From: Clostridium sp. CAG:354_28_25
GTDB taxonomy: Bacteria; Bacillota; Clostridia; TANB77; CAG-508
Direction of reading: 5' to 3'
Length of the DNA stretch: 64,000 nt
Assembly (NCBI GenBank): GCA_001915925.1
Contig: MNRL01000019.1
Location: forward strand, 12,448 to 76,447
Shown: piece after piece, positions 42,471 to 52,819 of the stretch
Layout of the letters: each line of letters begins with the position of its first letter
Numbering within the stretch: the first letter of the stretch is position 1
Translations under genes and position numbers: made by a program
The notes under the pieces: generated by a model
Seen by the model: the letters and a program-made list of their open reading frames with translations, nothing else
The model's database searches: none
What the model was told of the DNA's origin: nothing

Positions 42471-43625
42471 ATGGCAGAAAAAAGAGATTATTATGAAGTT
42501 TTAGGAGTTAATAAAAATGCAACAGATGATGAACTAAAAAGGGCTTTTAGAAAAATGGCTAAAAAATATCATCCAGATGCAAATCCAAATAATAGAAAAG
42601 AAGCAGAGGAAAAGTTTAAAGAAGTAAATGAAGCTTATGAAACACTTTCTGATCCTCAAAAAAGAAAGATGTATGACCAATTTGGCTTTAATGGTCCACA
42701 AGGATTTGGTGGTCAAGGAGCTGGCCAAGGTGGATATTATTCATATACTTCTAATGGGTTTGATGGATTTAGTGGCTTTGGAGATTTTGGCGATATATTT
42801 AGTTCATTCTTTTCTGGGTTTGGTGGTTCTTCTGGAAGAAGTAATAGAAATGGTCCAAAAAGAGGTAGAGATTTAAGACATGATTTAGAGATTACTTTTG
42901 AAGAAGCATATTCAGGAATAAAAAAGGAATTTGTTATAAATAGAAATGAAAAATGTACAACTTGTAACGGAAGTGGTGCAAAACCTGGAACAAATCCTGT
43001 AACATGTCCAAATTGTCATGGAACTGGTCAAGTAACACAAGTTCAAAACACAATATTAGGACAAATGCAAACAACTAGAACTTGTTCTGAATGCCATGGA
43101 ACTGGTAAAATTATAAAAGAGCCATGTACAACTTGTAGAGGAAGAGGAACAGTAAGGAAACAAGCAAAAGTTACTATAAATATTCCAGCAGGAATTGATG
43201 ATAATCAAACATTAATCTTGAAAAAAGAAGGAGAGCCAGGTGAAAGAGGCGGAGAAAATGGAGATATCTATGTAACAGTACATTTGAAGAGACACAGTAT
43301 TTTTACTAGAAAAGATAATAATGTATTATGCGATATTCCAATTACGATAACTCAAGCTACACTTGGTGCAGAACTAGAGATACCAATGGTAAATGGCGAA
43401 AAGGTAAAATATAAAATACCAGAAGCAACTCAAACAGGAACAAGATTTACTATACGAAATAAAGGATTTAAAGCTATTAATGGAAATTGGCAGGGAGATT
43501 TTATATTTACTGTTAATGTACAAACTCCAAAAAAACTAACAAAAGAACAAAGAGATTTATTGTTACAACTTGCTAAAACTATGAATGAACAACCTCCAGT
43601 AAAGAAAAGAGGATTATTTGGATAG
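42471..43625 (+). CDS. dnaJ: Chaperone DnaJ
   Basis: J-domain HPD (KYHPDAN), G/F-rich linker, four CxxCxGxG zinc-finger repeats; start at the Met after GGAGG. Confidence 0.95.
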   Translation: MAEKRDYYEVLGVNKNATDDELKRAFRKMAKKYHPDANPNNRKEAEEKFKEVNEAYETLSDPQKRKMYDQFGFNGPQGFGGQGAGQGGYYSYTSNGFDGFSGFGDFGDIFSSFFSGFGGSSGRSNRNGPKRGRDLRHDLEITFEEAYSGIKKEFVINRNEKCTTCNGSGAKPGTNPVTCPNCHGTGQVTQVQNTILGQMQTTRTCSECHGTGKIIKEPCTTCRGRGTVRKQAKVTINIPAGIDDNQTLILKKEGEPGERGGENGDIYVTVHLKRHSIFTRKDNNVLCDIPITITQATLGAELEIPMVNGEKVKYKIPEATQTGTRFTIRNKGFKAINGNWQGDFIFTVNVQTPKKLTKEQRDLLLQLAKTMNEQPPVKKRGLFG

Positions 43626-43630
43626 AAATT

Positions 43631-43661
43631 TCGGGATTTGGGGACGTTGTTTAAATCCCGA
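43631..43661. repeat. Single unit TCGGGATTT-GGGGACGTTGTTT-AAATCCCGA located 6 nt after the dnaJ stop
   Basis: Perfect 9-bp inverted arms around the core. Confidence 0.8.
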
Positions 43662-43781
43662 TTAATATATATGAATCAAAAATGTCAAGATAGAATTTAT
43701 ATTTCTTTTCTTGACTTTTTTGATGCTAGTAAAAAAATTTAGCCAGACGAATGTATGATATTTCGTCTGGCTAAAAGATGG

Positions 43782-44480
43782 TCATTTAATCGGAACATAC
43801 AAGCTTTTGTCGTGTTTGTAACCACTATCTTTTAAAGCTGCTACCATTGGATTAATATTGGTATCATCCTTTATTAGATAAGTGTCACCGTCACCTGCAT
43901 AAACTAACAACAGGTGGTTCTCATTGTCTGTATTAAATTTTCCCACTTTACTTTTATCAATATGTGGAAATTTAATACTTGCCATCGGATAGAACATCCG
44001 GTGAGCTTTCTGGTCATAAATGCCAGTAAATGGGATTTTGGATGAAGGTGTTAAAAAGTCAAAAATTCCAAGGTCCCATCTCTCTAGTCTAAGGAGAGTA
44101 TGAGCAGTGGATGCATTTAATTGCCCAATCACATTTATCATGTGATACCACTCGGTTTGATCCTTTGTATATAGTGGCATATGATTTGAAGTAAGTCTTA
44201 CCGGCAAGATATCGTCAGACACCTTTTTAAAATTAAAACTTTTTAAGAGGGCATCAAGCCCAAAGAGTGCCGGAATAATAAATGTTCCGAATCCAGCAGC
44301 AAAGATATAGAAATCTTTATTTTTGGAATGATTAAAGATTCTGCCCTTTGTTTCTGCCGGAAAAATGTTGAAACGTTCTCCTTTAAGATTTTTGAAGGTT
44401 ATTCCCTCCTTAGGAATTTTAAAAGCCCGTCCAACAAGTTCTACACCATCTACTTTAGTAATCATTTTTCCATCCTCCAT
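43782..44480 (-). CDS. Hypothetical protein, higher-GC islet gene
   Basis: 232 aa; GC-rich codon usage; own terminator 43735-43775 on the minus strand. Confidence 0.5.
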   Translation of the reverse strand: MEDGKMITKVDGVELVGRAFKIPKEGITFKNLKGERFNIFPAETKGRIFNHSKNKDFYIFAAGFGTFIIPALFGLDALLKSFNFKKVSDDILPVRLTSNHMPLYTKDQTEWYHMINVIGQLNASTAHTLLRLERWDLGIFDFLTPSSKIPFTGIYDQKAHRMFYPMASIKFPHIDKSKVGKFNTDNENHLLLVYAGDGDTYLIKDDTNINPMVAALKDSGYKHDKSLYVPIK

Positions 44481-44631
44481 TGTTGTTGATTGGAATCTAA
44501 ACAGCTTGTTATCGCAAAAATTATATCATAATTTACATAAAAAAGCAACATCTTGCAAAAACACAAAAATTATGTTAAGCTAGTGAAGATAACAATATAA
44601 CAATTTCCTAATCAATAAAGGAGGAAAAAAT

Positions 44632-44937
44632 ATGAAACTTTTAAACGAACTAGTACAAAAAGATTTTACCGAGAAGATTTCCGATGGAATTGGAAAAGCA
44701 ATCTTGTTTCCAAAAGAAGCAAGCTGTATCCGGATAGAACCGGGAAAAGAAATTGAACTGCATCACCATGATAAGGACCATGAGATATATATGGTTTTAC
44801 ATGGAGAGGTTGTAATTTTAGGAAATCTATATAAGAAAGGAGAGTTTCATGTTTGCAATTGTGGCGAATCACACAATTGTAGAAATTCGGGAGCCACCGA
44901 AACCATATTGTTAACAATGAAGATAGACGCGGAGTAA
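44632..44937 (+). CDS. Cupin-domain protein
   Basis: HHHDKDHEIYMVLHGE cupin motif; GC-rich. Confidence 0.6.
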   Translation: MKLLNELVQKDFTEKISDGIGKAILFPKEASCIRIEPGKEIELHHHDKDHEIYMVLHGEVVILGNLYKKGEFHVCNCGESHNCRNSGATETILLTMKIDAE

Positions 44938-45027
44938 TCCGCGTCATTTTCATACTTATATATTACCTCAACTTAAACCGAAAATTACTTAGTTAATCTT
45001 ACGCATAGTTATAATTTGAATCAAAAG

Positions 45028-45058
45028 AGGGATTTTAAGAACGTCCCCAAAATCCCTA
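45028..45058. repeat. Reverse-orientation unit AGGGATTTT-AAGAACGTCCCC-AAAATCCCT
   Basis: 9-bp inverted arms around GAACGTCCCC. Confidence 0.8.
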
Positions 45059-45123
45059 AAGTACATATTGGCAAAAAGAAAATGTAGTGATATAATTTAG
45101 AAAAAATATGCGAAGAGGTAAAA

Positions 45124-46233
45124 ATGAAATACGAAGGACAATACGAAAAGCTAAATTTGCCAGCTTATATGAAATTTGGAATAGAAATAGAAGCTAATAA
45201 TGTTCAAACGAAAAATGGGTTATATGCTGGCGAAAGTGCGAAGTTTATAACCGATAGAAACTGGCATATGGCAACAAAATGGGAAGAAAGTTTAGTTGGA
45301 GAAAATGGAGCAGAACTTGTTTCACCAATTTTAACAGATACGGAAACTACATGGAGGAATATAGCAGAAATCTGTAGTAAGATTAAAGAATTTCCAAAAG
45401 ATAAAAGTAAAGAAGTTAAGGCAGACGAGAAATGTGGATTACATGTGCATTTTGATGCAGAATATTTATCAAGTGATCCTAAAAAAATGAAAAATTTTCT
45501 TAATATATATGCTGAAGCCGAAGAACTTATATATAAAATGTGTAATGATAAAAATGATCCAATACGACCTAAAGCTATAAACAAAAATTTTCATGGATTA
45601 TCAAATGTTATTTCTGCTATTTGGAGAAATGGTATGGCAACACCTACTAGCAAAAAAATATTGAAAAAGCTTAATAATGGAACGTTAAAGGTATCACATA
45701 AAAAATTTGGAAAATTAAGAATGGTTGCTAGTAAATTTAAGCTAGACGAAAGAAGATATGCAGGGCTTAATCTAACTAATATTGGAAATAGCAAGAAAAA
45801 TACCATAGAATTTAGGATGGCTAATGGAACACTTAATCCAGAAGTAATAAAACAAAATGTATTTTTATATGCATCAATTATAGATACAGCTGTGAAGATG
45901 ACAGAGAAACCAGAAAAATATGAACAAAAAATGCAAAAGTTTTTAAATCACGATGTTACAGAACAAGAAAAAGCACAAAGTTTTTTAAATTTGATTATAG
46001 ATTCTGACGAGGATAAAAAGATATATTTAGATAGATGGGAATCTGTAAAAGATGCTAAAGTTTTTTCTAAAAATGCTAGAAAGGGATTTGCAACAACTTT
46101 TAAAAGAGAAGAATTTAAAGATATAGCAACAAGAACTAAGGGAAGCAAGATAAGAGCAACATTTAATAAAATAAAAGATTTTGTATATGCCAAAGAAGAA
46201 AGAGGAGATAAAGAAGATAATGTTAGAACTTAG
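45124..46233 (+). CDS. Amidoligase-family (PF12224-like, GS-type) enzyme with lysine-rich C-terminal tail
   Basis: FGIEIE, ELVSP, GLHVHFD and TIEFRMANGT motifs in the order typical of the putative amidoligase family. Confidence 0.55.
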   Translation: MKYEGQYEKLNLPAYMKFGIEIEANNVQTKNGLYAGESAKFITDRNWHMATKWEESLVGENGAELVSPILTDTETTWRNIAEICSKIKEFPKDKSKEVKADEKCGLHVHFDAEYLSSDPKKMKNFLNIYAEAEELIYKMCNDKNDPIRPKAINKNFHGLSNVISAIWRNGMATPTSKKILKKLNNGTLKVSHKKFGKLRMVASKFKLDERRYAGLNLTNIGNSKKNTIEFRMANGTLNPEVIKQNVFLYASIIDTAVKMTEKPEKYEQKMQKFLNHDVTEQEKAQSFLNLIIDSDEDKKIYLDRWESVKDAKVFSKNARKGFATTFKREEFKDIATRTKGSKIRATFNKIKDFVYAKEERGDKEDNVRT

Positions 46234-46648
46234 ATATAGAAATGCTTTTAAAGAAGTAGATGAAATATTAAGGTATACAGATATAGATTTAGTAAATAAG
46301 ATTCCTAAAAAGTTTATTGATTTTTTGAGAGCGAATATGAATAATGACTACGAATTTAATGTACAAGAAGGACTCCGTTTAAATAAACAAAAACTATCTG
46401 AAGAAGCTAATAATATCTTGGCTTTAATATATAGAGATTATTGGTCAACAGAAGAAGAAAAAGAAGAATTTAGAAAAAAGGATGAAGAAGAAAGAAAATT
46501 AAATGAAGAAAAATTGAAGCATATATTTGACAGAAAGGATAATGATCCAATAGAAGAAAAAAAGAATAATAAACTTATAAAAATAGAACATGAAAGCTTT
46601 ATAAAAAGATTATTTTCAAGGTTAAAAAGATTTTTTTGGAAGAATTAA
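46220..46648 (+). CDS. Partner protein of the amidoligase (about 142 aa, basic C-terminal helix RLKRFFWKN); paralogous to 55545..55955
   Basis: RBS AGAGGAGA 10 nt upstream of ATG 46220, overlaps the amidoligase stop; clear similarity to the 55545 ORF. Confidence 0.55.
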   Translation: MLELRYRNAFKEVDEILRYTDIDLVNKIPKKFIDFLRANMNNDYEFNVQEGLRLNKQKLSEEANNILALIYRDYWSTEEEKEEFRKKDEEERKLNEEKLKHIFDRKDNDPIEEKKNNKLIKIEHESFIKRLFSRLKRFFWKN

Positions 46649-46826
46649 AAAAGGCGTAATTATTTTTGCGTCTTTTTAATTATGTCAAATAAAATTGTTG
46701 TAATTAGTAAAAGCATAATTTTCTACTAAAAAATATTGCAAAGTTATGTCAAATTATTTTACAGAATTATGAGTTATATGATATAATGCAAACTATGAAA
46801 GCATAAAATAAAATAGGAGATATTAT

Positions 46827-47669
46827 ATGGAAATAATATTAGGTAAAACAGCCGGTTTTTGCAATGGAATTACACGAGCAGTAGAGACTGCTAAAGAGGA
46901 ATTAAAAAATACAGAGAACTTAGATTGTTTAGGAGATTTATTACATAATAATCAAGTGCTAAATAAACTAAAAGCAAATGGACTTAGAATAATAACTGAT
47001 ATAAAAGAAGCCAAAGAAAGAGTACTAATAAGAGCTCATGGTGTAAAAAAAGAAGTTTATGAATATGCAAGTAAAAATAATATAGAATTAATAGATTGTA
47101 CATGTCCAAAAGTACTAAAAATTCATGATTTGGCAGAAGAATTGTCAAATAAAGATTATTATATTTTAGTAATTGGCGAGAAATCTCATGCAGAAGTCGT
47201 GGGAACATTTAGTTTTTGCAAAAATGGCGAAGTAATAGAGAATATAGAACAATTGCAAGCACGAATTGATGATTTGAATAAAAAAGAAAAATTGGCAGTA
47301 TTAACACAAACAACATATAATTTACAAAAATTTTTACAAATAGAGCAATATTTAAAAGAAAATATAAAAACAAGGCTGGAAATATATAATGGTATTTGTA
47401 ATGCTACAGAAAGTAGACAAAAAGAGACAGAAAAAATATCTAAAGATGTAGAATATATGGTCATAATTGGAGGCAAAAAAAGCTCTAATACAAATAAATT
47501 ATATGAAATTGCACAAAGAAATTGCAAAAATGCTATTAAAATAGAAGAAGTATCAGAGTTATATAATGAGAATTTTGCAAATATAAATAAAATAGGTGTG
47601 ATGGCAGGTGCTTCAACACCACAGGAAAGTATAGAAGAAGTTATAAACTATTTAAAGGAGAGGAATTAA
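46827..47669 (+). CDS. ispH: 4-hydroxy-3-methylbut-2-enyl diphosphate reductase
   Basis: GFCNGIT N-terminal cluster cysteine motif; 280 aa. Confidence 0.85.
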   Translation: MEIILGKTAGFCNGITRAVETAKEELKNTENLDCLGDLLHNNQVLNKLKANGLRIITDIKEAKERVLIRAHGVKKEVYEYASKNNIELIDCTCPKVLKIHDLAEELSNKDYYILVIGEKSHAEVVGTFSFCKNGEVIENIEQLQARIDDLNKKEKLAVLTQTTYNLQKFLQIEQYLKENIKTRLEIYNGICNATESRQKETEKISKDVEYMVIIGGKKSSNTNKLYEIAQRNCKNAIKIEEVSELYNENFANINKIGVMAGASTPQESIEEVINYLKERN

Positions 47670-47670
47670 C

Positions 47671-48594
47671 TTGAATATAGAAAAAACTTCAAGCGAATTA
47701 GAAAAATGTATATCAAAAGAATCAAAAATATATAAAAATGAATTAATGTCAAAACATACTTCATTTAAAGTTGGTGGAAAAGCTGATATATTTGTAAATA
47801 CTAAAAATGAGCAAGATATAAAAAGCATATTAGAATATGCAAATAAAAATGAAACTCCTATAACAGTTATTGGAAATGGTAGTAATCTATTAGTAAAAGA
47901 CGGTGGTATAAGAGGAATTGTCTTAAGAATAGATATACAAGATTTTAATATAGAAAAAATTAGCGATGAATATATAATAACAGTTGGTGCTGGTGTAAAA
48001 AATGGTTTTGTAGCACAAAAATTATTAATAGAGGAAATAGAAGGGTTCGAATTTGCAGCTGGAATCCCAGGTTCTATTGGTGGTGCAATCAGAATGAATG
48101 CAGGTGCACATGGTGGAGAAATGAAAGATATCGTTTTAGAAACTAAGTGTATGGATATGAATGGTAATATAAAAATATTATCTAATGAGGAGCAAAAATT
48201 CCAATACCGAAATAGCATTTTTAGTTGTAACAAATATATAATTTTAAGCACCAAATTAAAATTAAAAAAAGGAAGATATAAAGAAATAAAATCGAAGATG
48301 GACGAATATACTATATGGCGTAAAGAACATCAGCCATTAGAATATCCATCAGCAGGAAGTACATTTAAAAGAGGAACAGATTTTATTACCGCAAAGTTAA
48401 TAGATGAATGTGGATTAAAAGGATACAATATAGGTGGTGCAGAAGTATCAACAAAACATGCTGGTTTTGTTGTAAATAAAGGAGATGCAAAAGCAAAAGA
48501 TATATTAAATTTAGTAAAATACATTAGTGAAAAAGTCTATGAAAAATTTGGCAAAAAGATTGAGCTGGAGGTACAAGTAATAGGAGAAGATTAA
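47671..48594 (+). CDS. murB: UDP-N-acetylenolpyruvoylglucosamine reductase
   Basis: FAD-binding and GAEVS motifs; TTG start after AAGGAGAGG. Confidence 0.9.
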   Translation: MNIEKTSSELEKCISKESKIYKNELMSKHTSFKVGGKADIFVNTKNEQDIKSILEYANKNETPITVIGNGSNLLVKDGGIRGIVLRIDIQDFNIEKISDEYIITVGAGVKNGFVAQKLLIEEIEGFEFAAGIPGSIGGAIRMNAGAHGGEMKDIVLETKCMDMNGNIKILSNEEQKFQYRNSIFSCNKYIILSTKLKLKKGRYKEIKSKMDEYTIWRKEHQPLEYPSAGSTFKRGTDFITAKLIDECGLKGYNIGGAEVSTKHAGFVVNKGDAKAKDILNLVKYISEKVYEKFGKKIELEVQVIGED

Positions 48595-48628
48595 GAAAAC
48601 TGAACTTGAAAGGATGTATTAATAAAAA

Positions 48629-50185
48629 ATGAAAGGTTTTATAGAGTGGTTTAGACCAAATGCAAGAATTAAAAGATGGATATTTCTTATTCTTGTAGGA
48701 ATAATACTGGCATGTTATGGAATATCTACAATTATTGTAAGTGAAGAACTTGAAATAGCGCAGTTATTATTAATTATTTTATCATTTATTGTAGGTTTTA
48801 CTTGTATAGTTCTAGGAATTGTATTTATGCAAAAAAGGACTATGGAGATGTTAATAGAATCTACAGATTCAAGAGTAAAAAATAATAGAAAACATATAAA
48901 TATAAATTCATTAATATTTAACAAAAAAATTTATTCAGAAGGACCAAAAATTGTAGTAATAGGTTCTGGCAATGGGCTTGAAACAGTTGTAAGAGGATTA
49001 AAGCAATATACAGATAATATAACAGCAGTTGTTACGGTATCTTCATATGGTAATATGAAGAAAGAAAGCATAAATTCTATGCCTATAGAAGATATAAAAA
49101 ATACAGTAATTGCATTAGCTAGGGATGAAGAATTAGCAAGTAAATTAATGTCTTATAAATATAAAAGTGGAGATTTAAAAGATATTAGTTTTAGTGATTT
49201 ATATTTTACTACGATGCAAGATTTATCTAAAGATTTTACAGAAGCTATAGCAAATTCTAATGAGATTTTTAATATTATAGGAAGAGTTTTACCAATTACA
49301 AATGATGAAATGAGAATATGTGCAGAACTTGAAAATGGAATGATAATAGAAGAAAAAGATGAAATAAAAAAAGTAGTTTATGATAAAATTACAAGAATTA
49401 ATAGAGTATTTATATCACCACCAAATTGTAGGGCAACTCCAGAAGTTGTACAAGCAATAAAAGAAGCGGATTGCATTGTAATTGGTCCAGGAAGTTTATA
49501 TACAAATGTAATACCAAATTTGTTAGTAAATGGTGTATATAAAGCAATGAAAGATAGTAAAGCAATAAAAATATATGTAAGTAATATTATGACAGAACCA
49601 GGTCAAACAGATAATTACTCATTAGCTGACCATATAAAAGCAATAATAGAGCATACTGGTAAAAATGTTATAGATTATTGTATTTACGATACAGGAGAAA
49701 TAATTCCAGAGTATATTAAAAGATATAATTTAAAGGGTTCAGAATTAGTAGCACAAGATGTTGCAAAGGCAAGAACTTTAGGAGTACGTTTATTACAAAG
49801 GGATTTAGCTTGTGTAGAAAATGGATATATAAGACATAATTCAGATTTAGTTGCTAAAGCAATTTCAGAATTGATTTGTGATGACTTAAAATATAGGGAC
49901 AAACAATCAGATCCACAATATATGCTATTAAAATCTAAATTAGAATATGAAAAACAATTTAATAAAATAAAAAATAGACCTAAGAGAAAAAGAAAAATGA
50001 ATGAAAATAAAAAGGAAAGAAAAAGTAAATTTCTATCTAAATATGGTAAACGTATAGAAGCTATGCGTAATACTGAGGAGGTCAAACTAAAAAACAGAGA
50101 AATTTTACTAAATGAAAATAAAGATAAGGAAGAGGAATTTATAGAGAAATTTATAGAAAAAGTTGAACAAAACAAGAAAAAATAA
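48629..50185 (+). CDS. YvcK/CofD-like (UPF0052, gluconeogenesis factor family) protein with N-terminal double-TM segment and about 110-aa Lys/Glu-rich C-terminal extension
   Basis: IVVIGSGNGL..GPGSLYTNV core motifs; extra hydrophobic N-terminus and charged tail. Confidence 0.7.
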   Translation: MKGFIEWFRPNARIKRWIFLILVGIILACYGISTIIVSEELEIAQLLLIILSFIVGFTCIVLGIVFMQKRTMEMLIESTDSRVKNNRKHININSLIFNKKIYSEGPKIVVIGSGNGLETVVRGLKQYTDNITAVVTVSSYGNMKKESINSMPIEDIKNTVIALARDEELASKLMSYKYKSGDLKDISFSDLYFTTMQDLSKDFTEAIANSNEIFNIIGRVLPITNDEMRICAELENGMIIEEKDEIKKVVYDKITRINRVFISPPNCRATPEVVQAIKEADCIVIGPGSLYTNVIPNLLVNGVYKAMKDSKAIKIYVSNIMTEPGQTDNYSLADHIKAIIEHTGKNVIDYCIYDTGEIIPEYIKRYNLKGSELVAQDVAKARTLGVRLLQRDLACVENGYIRHNSDLVAKAISELICDDLKYRDKQSDPQYMLLKSKLEYEKQFNKIKNRPKRKRKMNENKKERKSKFLSKYGKRIEAMRNTEEVKLKNREILLNENKDKEEEFIEKFIEKVEQNKKK

Positions 50186-50202
50186 TAATTGGAGGCATAC
50201 AA

Positions 50203-52239
50203 ATGAAAATAATGGTAAATAAAGGAGAATTTAAAGATTTAATTCAAAGAGAATGGATAATAGCTAATGGAATAGGAGGATTTGCAGCATCTACAGTTAC
50301 AGGTGCCAACACAAGAAAATATCATGGGTTATTGGTTGCAGCACTAACACCTCCGGCAAGACGATTTTTAGTATTATCTAAGGTGGATGAATCTATAGAA
50401 TTTAATGGATGCAAATATCCTTTATATACTAATATTTGCGATAATTATATTTCTGATGGTTATAAAAGAATAGAATCATTCGAGAAAAAATATGTACCAA
50501 CATATACATATAAAATAGACGATATTTCTATCCAAAAGACTATAAGTATGCAATATGGTAGAAATACAGTTGTTATATTATACAATATTAAGAATGGAAA
50601 TTATGATTCAAAATTAACATTGGCTCCAATAATAAATTATAGAGATTTTCATCAAGTTAATAAAGATACAGAATTCAATTTGAAAGAAAATATAAGTGGC
50701 ACAAAAGTAAGAATAGTTGTAAAAAATGAAAGTCAAACACCATTTTATATGAAATGTTCAGAAGGAACATATATAGAACATCATAATGATATATTTTATA
50801 GGATGTTTTATATGGAAGAAGAAAAAAGAGGGTTTGACCCAATAGAAAACCATGCAATTCCAGGTAGATATGAGATAGAATTAAAACCAAATGAAGAGAA
50901 AAATATATCATTTGTATTTTCATTAGAAGAGAATATAGACGAAATAAAAGCAGAGGATGTTATTAAGCAAGAAGAGGTAAGATTAAAGAAGATAGTAACA
51001 GATACGGGCTTAATAAATGAAAATACAGAGGATAAAGAATTAATAGAAGATTTTATAATTACTACTGATAGCTTTATTGCATACAGACCATCATTTGGAC
51101 TTCATACTATAATTGCAGGTTACCCATGGTTTTTAGATTGGGGTAGAGATAGTTTAATAGCATTTGAAGGATTACTACTTAAAACAAAGAGATTTGATAT
51201 AGCAAAAGAAGTTTTACTAACATTTATTAGAGATATAAAATATGGGCTTGTACCAAATGGATATTCCGGATATGATAACAGACCATTATATAATAGTGCA
51301 GATGCTTCATTATTACTTTTTGAAGAAATAAAAAAATATATTAATTATACGAATGACTATAAATTTATAAAGGACAATTTTTATATTTGTTTAAAGAAAA
51401 TAATAGAGGCATATATTACAGGAATAGATGTAGATGATAATAATATTTATATGGAAAGAGATGGTTTAATTCATTCTGGAACAATAAATACCCAAAATAC
51501 ATGGATGGATGTAAAGATTGGAGATTTTGCAGTAACCCCTAGAAATGGAAAAGCAGTAGAAATAAATAGTTTATGGTATAATGCTTTAAAAATAATGGAA
51601 GAGCTTGCAAAAAAATTCGAAACTAAAAAAGTTGCAGAAATGTATGCAGAATTAGCAGAAAAAACTCAGAAATCATTTAATAGAAAATTTTATAATTCAG
51701 ACAAGAAATCATTGTATGATGTATTAGGTGATGACAGAATAAGACCAAATCAATTATTTAGTTTATCACTTAGTTACCAAGTTTTAAATCCAGCAGGAAA
51801 AAATGCTAAAGAAATTTTAAAAACTGTAACTAATGAACTATATACAAAACATGGATTACGTACTTTAAATAGAAAGGATAAGCAGTATATTGCTACATAT
51901 GAAGGAGATTCATACAGAAGGGATATAAGTTACCACCAAGGAATAACTTGGCCATGGCTTTTTGGATTATATAATGATGCATACAAGAATGTAATAGCTA
52001 ATACAAAAGAGGGGAAAGTTAAAGGTGAATTGCAAAAGCAGTATGACTTATTCGTTAAAAATTTAAGAGTAACAGCTAAAACAATGATGTATAAAGAAGG
52101 GTGTATATTAAGTATTGCAGAACTATATGACTCTAAACCTCCATATTTACCTAAAGGCGCTTTTTCACAAGCTTGGAGTGTTGCAGAAATATTTAGAATA
52201 ATATTAGATTCAAAAACAGAAGAAGAGGAAGGAAAATGA
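50203..52239 (+). CDS. Glycogen debranching enzyme (amylo-alpha-1,6-glucosidase, GDE_C family)
   Basis: 678 aa; GYPWFLDWGRDS motif. Confidence 0.8.
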   Translation: MKIMVNKGEFKDLIQREWIIANGIGGFAASTVTGANTRKYHGLLVAALTPPARRFLVLSKVDESIEFNGCKYPLYTNICDNYISDGYKRIESFEKKYVPTYTYKIDDISIQKTISMQYGRNTVVILYNIKNGNYDSKLTLAPIINYRDFHQVNKDTEFNLKENISGTKVRIVVKNESQTPFYMKCSEGTYIEHHNDIFYRMFYMEEEKRGFDPIENHAIPGRYEIELKPNEEKNISFVFSLEENIDEIKAEDVIKQEEVRLKKIVTDTGLINENTEDKELIEDFIITTDSFIAYRPSFGLHTIIAGYPWFLDWGRDSLIAFEGLLLKTKRFDIAKEVLLTFIRDIKYGLVPNGYSGYDNRPLYNSADASLLLFEEIKKYINYTNDYKFIKDNFYICLKKIIEAYITGIDVDDNNIYMERDGLIHSGTINTQNTWMDVKIGDFAVTPRNGKAVEINSLWYNALKIMEELAKKFETKKVAEMYAELAEKTQKSFNRKFYNSDKKSLYDVLGDDRIRPNQLFSLSLSYQVLNPAGKNAKEILKTVTNELYTKHGLRTLNRKDKQYIATYEGDSYRRDISYHQGITWPWLFGLYNDAYKNVIANTKEGKVKGELQKQYDLFVKNLRVTAKTMMYKEGCILSIAELYDSKPPYLPKGAFSQAWSVAEIFRIILDSKTEEEEGK

Positions 52240-52728
52240 GAATATTAGGAATTGACCCTGGGTTTGCAATAACACGGGTATAGCATAATAGATTACATAG
52301 GAAATAAATTTAAACTAGAAACATCTGGTGCAATATTAACAGAAGCTGGTGAATCTTTTCCGCTAAGGTTAGAGAAGATTTACACAGATTTAAATAATAT
52401 AATAAATACATATAAACCAGATGCGATGTCAATAGAAGAGCTATTTTTTAATAATAACGCAAAAACAGCTATTAATGTTGCTCAGGCAAGGGGAGTGATA
52501 TTAATAACAGCAAGAATAAACAAATTAGATATATTCGAATATACACCATTACAAATAAAGCAAGCAGTGACAGGATATGGTAGAGCAGATAAAATGCAAG
52601 TACAAAGAATGGTGAAAATGATATTAAATACAGAAAAATTACCAAAATTGGATGATATAACAGATAGTATGGCAATAGCAATTTGCCATGCACATTCATC
52701 TAAGTTTTCATCTCAATTTAAATTATAA
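52237..52728 (+). pseudogene. ruvC: Holliday-junction resolvase RuvC interrupted by an apparent +1 frameshift near 52274-52282
   Basis: MRILGIDPGFAITRV* then in the next frame YSIIDYIGNKF...AICHAHS; a single extra base restores the ITGYS reading. Confidence 0.7.
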
Positions 52729-52755
52729 TATGAATAGATGAATAGGAACAGGTGT

Positions 52756-52805
52756 TTTTGGGACGTTCCCAGACAGGGATTTTGGGGACGTTCCTTAAAT
52801 CCCGA
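52756..52805. repeat. Double-core copy TTTTTGGGACGTTCCCAGACAGGGATTTTGGGGACGTTCCTTAAATCCCG
   Basis: Direct reading between ruvC and holA. Confidence 0.8.
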
Positions 52806-52819
52806 AAAGGAAGATGGAT

